A model generated the notes under the pieces. It had not been told where the DNA came from. It saw nothing but the letters and a program-made list of their open reading frames with translations, and did not search any database. Both the position numbers and the translations under genes were made by a program. Below, piece after piece: positions 59,211 to 64,000 of a stretch of 64,000 bases of DNA. Origin of the DNA: an uncultured Candidatus Rokubacteria bacterium (GTDB lineage Bacteria; Methylomirabilota; Methylomirabilia; Rokubacteriales; CSP1-6); assembly GCA_963762145.1 (NCBI GenBank), contig CAVXJS010000015.1, positions 256,001-320,000 of the forward strand, read 5' to 3'. Positions within the stretch are counted from its first letter, which is position 1. Every line of letters starts with the position of its first letter.

Positions 59211-60984
59211 TCAGGAGGGAATCTCGGCTCTGGCCTTGCGCAGGTCGTCCAGGTCCTTGCTGGACACCGCGTAGATGCCCGGCTCGGCCCGGAGCTTCAC
59301 GTAGGTCACCGCGCCGTCGGTGCGTCCGACCTGGAGCGTGGCCAGCTCGGCGCCGCCGTCCTTGAACAGCGTCAGCTCGACCTCGGGCTTGTCGAGGCCC
59401 CACTTGGCCGCGTCCTCCGGACCCTTGGCCGCGATCTCCCTCCACTTGAGGCCGCGCAGGGCCAGGAGCATACCGGCCACGCGGCCTTCCTTGGTGCTCC
59501 CGCGCGCCGGCTCGACGACCTTCCACTCCTCGCCGCTCTTCTCCACCACCAGGGGCTTGTCGCCGGCGGCGACGCGCGCCTTCTTGACGTCGCCGATCTC
59601 GAACGCAGGGCAGCAGGGATCGGTCGCGCAGCTCGGCCACTCCGGGCGCGAGGTCCGAGAGGTTCTTCCCCTCGACCAGCACGACGGGCCCGTCCCCGCG
59701 CACCGCGGCCACCGCCACGGGCTGCCCGCCGCGGCGCTCCGCGGAGGACTGCAGCAGGAGCGTCTTCGGCTCCTTGGCGCCCTCCTCCCAGAGCCTGACC
59801 GTGACCTCGGGCTTGGTCAGGAAGCGCGGCGCCTCCGCCGGCGTTTCGGCGAGAACGCCCACGGAGCGAAGGTCACGGATCTTCCACAGCAGCCCGGTCA
59901 CCGCGGACGAATCAGCCTTGAGCGCCTCGGGCGCGCTGATCTTCCAGCCGCTGCCGTCCTTCTCGAGCGTGACCGCGCCGCGCCCGTGCGCGAGCTCTAC
60001 CTTCGTGAGCTTGTCGTAGGCGTAGGTGACGACGGTCTTGTCGCGCAGCGCCGCCACCGTCTTCGGGAACGTCGTCCACAGCGCCTCCGCGGTCAGGAGC
60101 ACGCCCGGCTCGCCGTCGCGCTTGACGTAGACCCCCTTCTTCTCCGGCACCGGACGCCCCACCAGCAGGGTCCGGGACGAGCGCTCCTTGTCGCGGCCGA
60201 GCCACACCGTGACCCGCGACGGCTTGTCGAGCCCGTAGGGCGCGAGCGACTTCGGCGCGTCGTCCACGAACTCGAGCGCCTTGGCGCCTTCCAGCTTCTG
60301 GAGGAAATCGGCCACCATCTCCGCGTCGGCGGGGAGCGGGCGCGGCTTCACGATGCGCCACTTGCCCGGCTCGTCGGCGACGAGGCCGATCTGATCGCCC
60401 GCCACGTCGAGGTCGAGGCCGGTGAGATTGCGCCGGTCGAAGGCCATCACGCTGCGGTCGCGGAAATCGGCCGCCGGACGCGTGGTGTCGCGGGCGACGC
60501 TCTCCGACATCGTGATCACCGCCGGCTTGTCGCCCTCGCGCGCGTAGACCCAGACCCCGGTCGGGTTCTTGCTGCCCACCCGGAGCACGAGCGGGGCGGC
60601 GGCGCCCTTGACCTCGAGGCGCACCTCCGCCTCCGGGGGCGCGAGCCCGAAGTCGGCCGGCTTGGCCGGATTGGGGTCGATCTCGCGATCCATGCGCGCG
60701 GTGGCGAGGCCGGTCACCATGTCGTCCACCGCGGCGCGGTCGGCCCGCACCCGCACCGGCTCGAGCATCTCCCAGCCGTCGCTGGTCCGCTTGAGCCGGA
60801 CGGTCTCGCCCTTGCGGGCGATGGTGACGCCCTCGACGTCCTTGGGCTCGACGGTCCAGATGCGCCCCTTCGCGGACTCCGCCTTCTCGCGCTTGGGATT
60901 GAGCCAGTACGTGTCGTAGTAGAAGAAGCCGCCGAGGCCGGCGGCCAGCAGCAGGAGGACGACGAGGGTCTTGCCCGACGCCAT
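59211..60984 (-). CDS. DUF4340 domain protein (repeated domains), frameshift near 59610
   Basis: N-terminal TM; repeated units with FGLAPP/YGLDKP/WGLDKP and RDR/RDK motifs. Confidence 0.82.
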
Positions 60985-60989
60985 GGGAG

Positions 60990-62570
60990 CTAGCGCGCGC
61001 GGCGCCGCTGCATGATCACCGCGATGCCGCAGATCAGCACGGCGCCCGGCAGGACGAGGATCGGCAGGCCCAGCACCAGCCGGGACTGCCCGGACGTCAG
61101 CACCACCGGGTTCTGCTTCGGATCCTTGGCGCGGATCGAGATGAGATCTTCCTCCTCCGCGAGCCAGGACACGATGTTGAGGAAGAAGTCGCGATTGCCC
61201 TGCGCCCCGAGGAACTGGTTGGAGGCGAAGTCGGCGGTGCCCACCACGACGATGCGGGCCTTGGGCGGCTTCTTGGCCGCGTCGCCCTCCGCCTTCGGAT
61301 CGGGCTGCGCGTCGACCGTGGCCACCATCGCCACCGCGAGCGGCCCCGTCTTCTCGCTCGGATCCGGGGTGGCCTTTCCGGTCTGGAACACGTTCTTGTC
61401 GGACTCGCCCCACGACTGGCGGCTGGTCTGCGCCAGCGGGGAGGCCTGCACGCCCTTCGGCAGCGCCTTGGCCGGCGCCACCGAGCGGGTGAGCGGGAAC
61501 AGGGTCATGACCCCGCCCATGTCCTTGGTGATCGGGTGCGGATCGTACTGGCCGACCACCGGGACGAGCGGGCCCACTCCGAAGAGCTGGCCGATCGGGT
61601 TCGAGCTCGATCACCACGTCCTCGTCCACCACGATCCCGTACTTGGTGAGGTACTTCATGGTGGTCTCGGCCTGGAAGGGCGCGGTCATCAAGAAGACCT
61701 TGCCCGCCTTCGCGATGTAGCCGTCGAGCGCGGCGAGCTCCTGCGGGAAGAGATCGGTCTTCGGGCTCGGCACCATCACGATCGCCGCGTCCTCGGGGAT
61801 CTTCGGGTCGCGGGCCAGGAACAGGTCCTTGACCTCGTAGTTGGCCTTCTCCATCTGCTCCTTGGCCTGGCTGAAGCCGGCCCGGTCCGTGCTCCCGATC
61901 TCGCGCTCGCCGTGCCCCTTGAGCACGTAGACGACCCGCTTGCCCGCGCGGGTGATCTTGACGATGGCGTTGGTGAGCTTCTCCTCCTCGGCGTCCTGCA
62001 CCTTCTCGGTGCGGATCTGCCCGGCCGGGCCGCCCTCGAGCACCACGGTGCCGTAGCTCTCGACCCCGTAGCTGCCGGGCCAGGGCGGGCGCCCGGTCGG
62101 TGTCCTCCAGGCGCCACGTGAACTTGCCGCGCGAGTAGGTCGCGTACTGGGTGAGCAGGTCCTCCGCCGTCTTCTTGCCCGGCGTATCCGAGCGGAAGAA
62201 GGCGATCGCGCTCGACCGGAGCCTTCAGGGTCCGGAGCACCTGGATCGTCTGGGGCGAGACGCTGTTGCGCTTGTTCTCGGTGAAGTCCCAGCGGACGCT
62301 GTGCCGCAGCGAGATCGCGTTGGCCGCCACCACGATGCCGAGGGCGAGCACCGCCATCACCGCGGCCCCCGCACCGTAGCGCGCGGTGCGGGTGCCCATC
62401 GCGGTGCGCGCCTCGCCCGCGTTGAAGGCGAGCGAGAGGAGCAGCAGGGCGCCGCCCAGGCCCAGGAAGACCCACTGGGCGGGCACGCCCGGATAGAAGT
62501 GCCAGAGGGCGAACGCGAGCAGCAGGCAGACGATCGCGGCGGTCAGCGTGTGGCGCTTGAGCCAGCTCAT
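60990..62570 (-). CDS. GldG family ABC auxiliary protein (frameshifted)
   Basis: WDFTENK, YVLKGHGE, HPITKD, VVVGTADF, NRDFFLNIVSWL, C-terminal TM. Confidence 0.85.
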
Positions 62571-62574
62571 CGGG

Positions 62575-63345
62575 CTAGCCCCTCCACCGCTTCGACTCGA
62601 GCGAGCGCAGGGTGAGGAACAGCGCCAGCGCCACGCCGGTCACGTAGTAGACGAGGTCCTTGGTGTCGATGAGGCCGCGGGTGAAGCCCTCGAGATGGTC
62701 GCCGATCGAGAGGTACTGGAGCACGGTGCGCATCGTACCGCCCGCGAACTCGGCGCCCCAGCCGATGACCCAGAACCCGAGCAGCATGCCGAAGGTGCCG
62801 AATCCGGCGACGATCTGGTTCTCGGTCAGCGAGGAGACGAGCACGCCGACCGCGAGGAAGACCGCGCCGGTGAGGATCAGGCCCAGGTAGCCGGTCAGGA
62901 TCGGGCCCCACTCGACGCGGGTGAAGTACGCGACGAGCGCCGGGATACGAGCAGGGTCAGGCCGAGGAGGATCAGGTAGAGGGCGAGGGCGGCCAGGTAC
63001 TTGCCGGCGAGCACCTCGCCGTCGCGCACCGGGTAGGTCAGCAGCAGCTCCATGGTGCCGGACTTCTTCTCCTCGGCGAAGAGGCGCATGGTCAGCATCG
63101 GGATGAAGAACAGGAGCACCACGCTCATGTTGGTGAAGAGCGGGCGCATGACGTTGTCCACCACGTTGAGGTTCTGGCCCATCTGCGGCGTGCATGAACG
63201 ACCGCATCGAGGCGTCGCTGTAGAAGAGGAAGATCTGGCTGAAGAACCAGCCGGAGATCACCAGGAAGAACGTGCAGACCACGTAGGCCACCGGCGAGCC
63301 GAAGTACAGCCGCATCTCCTTCTTGAACACGGGCAGCCAGCGCAT
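62575..63345 (-). CDS. ABC-2 permease (GldF-like), frameshifted
   Basis: FKKEMRLYFGSPVAY, TMRLFAEEKKSGTMELLLT, SSLTENQIVA. Confidence 0.87.
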   Translation of the reverse strand: MRWLPVFKKEMRLYFGSPVAYVVCTFFLVISGWFFSQIFLFYSDASMRSFMHAADGPEPQRGGQRHAPALHQHERGAPVLHPDADHAPLRRGEEVRHHGAAADLPGARRRGARRQVPGRPRPLPDPPRPDPARIPALVAYFTRVEWGPILTGYLGLILTGAVFLAVGVLVSSLTENQIVAGFGTFGMLLGFWVIGWGAEFAGGTMRTVLQYLSIGDHLEGFTRGLIDTKDLVYYVTGVALALFLTLRSLESKRWRG

Positions 63346-64000
63346 CAGGGTGTCTCCTCCCCGCCGTCGGACCGGCTCGTGCGGCTCCTGCTCCTCGCCC
63401 GCGACCACGCGGATGAAGACCTCCTCGAGACTCATGCCGACCGGGTGCAGCTCCTGAGCAGCGCCAGCCCTTGCCGGTGACGAGGCGGACCAGGTCGGCG
63501 CCGCACGTCGCGGTCGCGCGCCGCCTCCACCAGCACCCCGACGCCGCCGTCGCGGGGCGCGAGCGGCTGCACCGAGCGCACCACGCCCGGGACGCGGCCA
63601 CTGCGGAGCGCGGCAGCGTCGCCGTCGGCGGGCCCGCCACCCGAGCTCGATGCGCGCCGACGGGAAGGCCTGCTGGCACGAGCTCGGCCTCGGTGCCCTG
63701 GGCCACGATGCGCCCGCGGTTGATGATGACGACGCCGTCGCACACCATCGAGACCTCGGGGAGGATGTGCGTGGACAGGATCACGGTGTGCTGGCCGGCC
63801 AGCGACCGGATCAGCGACGCGGATCTCCGCGATCTGCCGCGGGTCGAGCCCGATGGTGGGCTCGTCGAGGATCAGCACCTCCGGATCGCCCAGGAGGGCC
63901 TGGGCCAGCCCGACCCGCTGCCGGTAGCCCTTCGAGAGCTTGCCGATCAGCCGGTTCTGCATGTCCGCGATGAAGCACCGCTCCATCACGTCGGCCACCC
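63345..64000 (-). CDS. ABC transporter ATP-binding protein (GldA-like), partial and frameshifted
   Basis: [40 protein letters not shown]. Confidence 0.88.

Noticed and set aside
58753-62475. 1240-aa ORF as a giant fusion protein
   Set aside because: Chimera of GldG, DUF4340 and a Pro-rich gene joined by frameshifts; each has its own start and stop.
63345-63435. ABC ATPase-permease fusion
   Set aside because: A TGATG overlap at 63343-63347 marks a normal junction; the read-through comes from an indel in an error-rich block.

Overview
High-GC (roughly 70% by eye) bacterial chromosomal window from a diderm organism (lgt, tol-pal, BamE-like lipoprotein). Gene content and style suggest Candidatus Rokubacteria/Methylomirabilota, which is an inference and was not verified. 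Many genes carry single-base frameshifts clustered in blocks (about 5.9-8.3 kb, 14.9-18.0 kb, 32-33.4 kb, 61.6-63.8 kb), typical of an unpolished long-read assembly, so several provided ORFs are chimeric. The window holds about 60 genes and one tRNA-Met(CAT). I found no integrase, transposase, prophage or CRISPR array. Housekeeping blocks: iscA/erpA-moaD/E-tilS-degP, perR-rubrerythrin-FeS oxidoreductase-DUF3501, uvrA, MoxR/VWA, thyX, lgt, tolQRAB-pal-cpoB and a Gld-like ABC system. Best candidates for something undescribed: (1) a tightly coupled glycosyltransferase-PTPS-PTPS-folE-sepiapterin-reductase-like operon that looks like a pterin-glycoside pathway, with a split PTPS pair carrying unusual motifs; (2) a divergent sigma-54 module pairing a 1525-aa FecR protein with 185-aa repeats and a tiny HExxH lipoprotein; (3) a 79-aa polyacidic protein whose promoter lies behind three tandem DnaA-box-like sites; (4) an Nramp-like transporter with a long structured leader, divergent from twin M20 amidohydrolases; (5) widespread apparently leaderless transcription.
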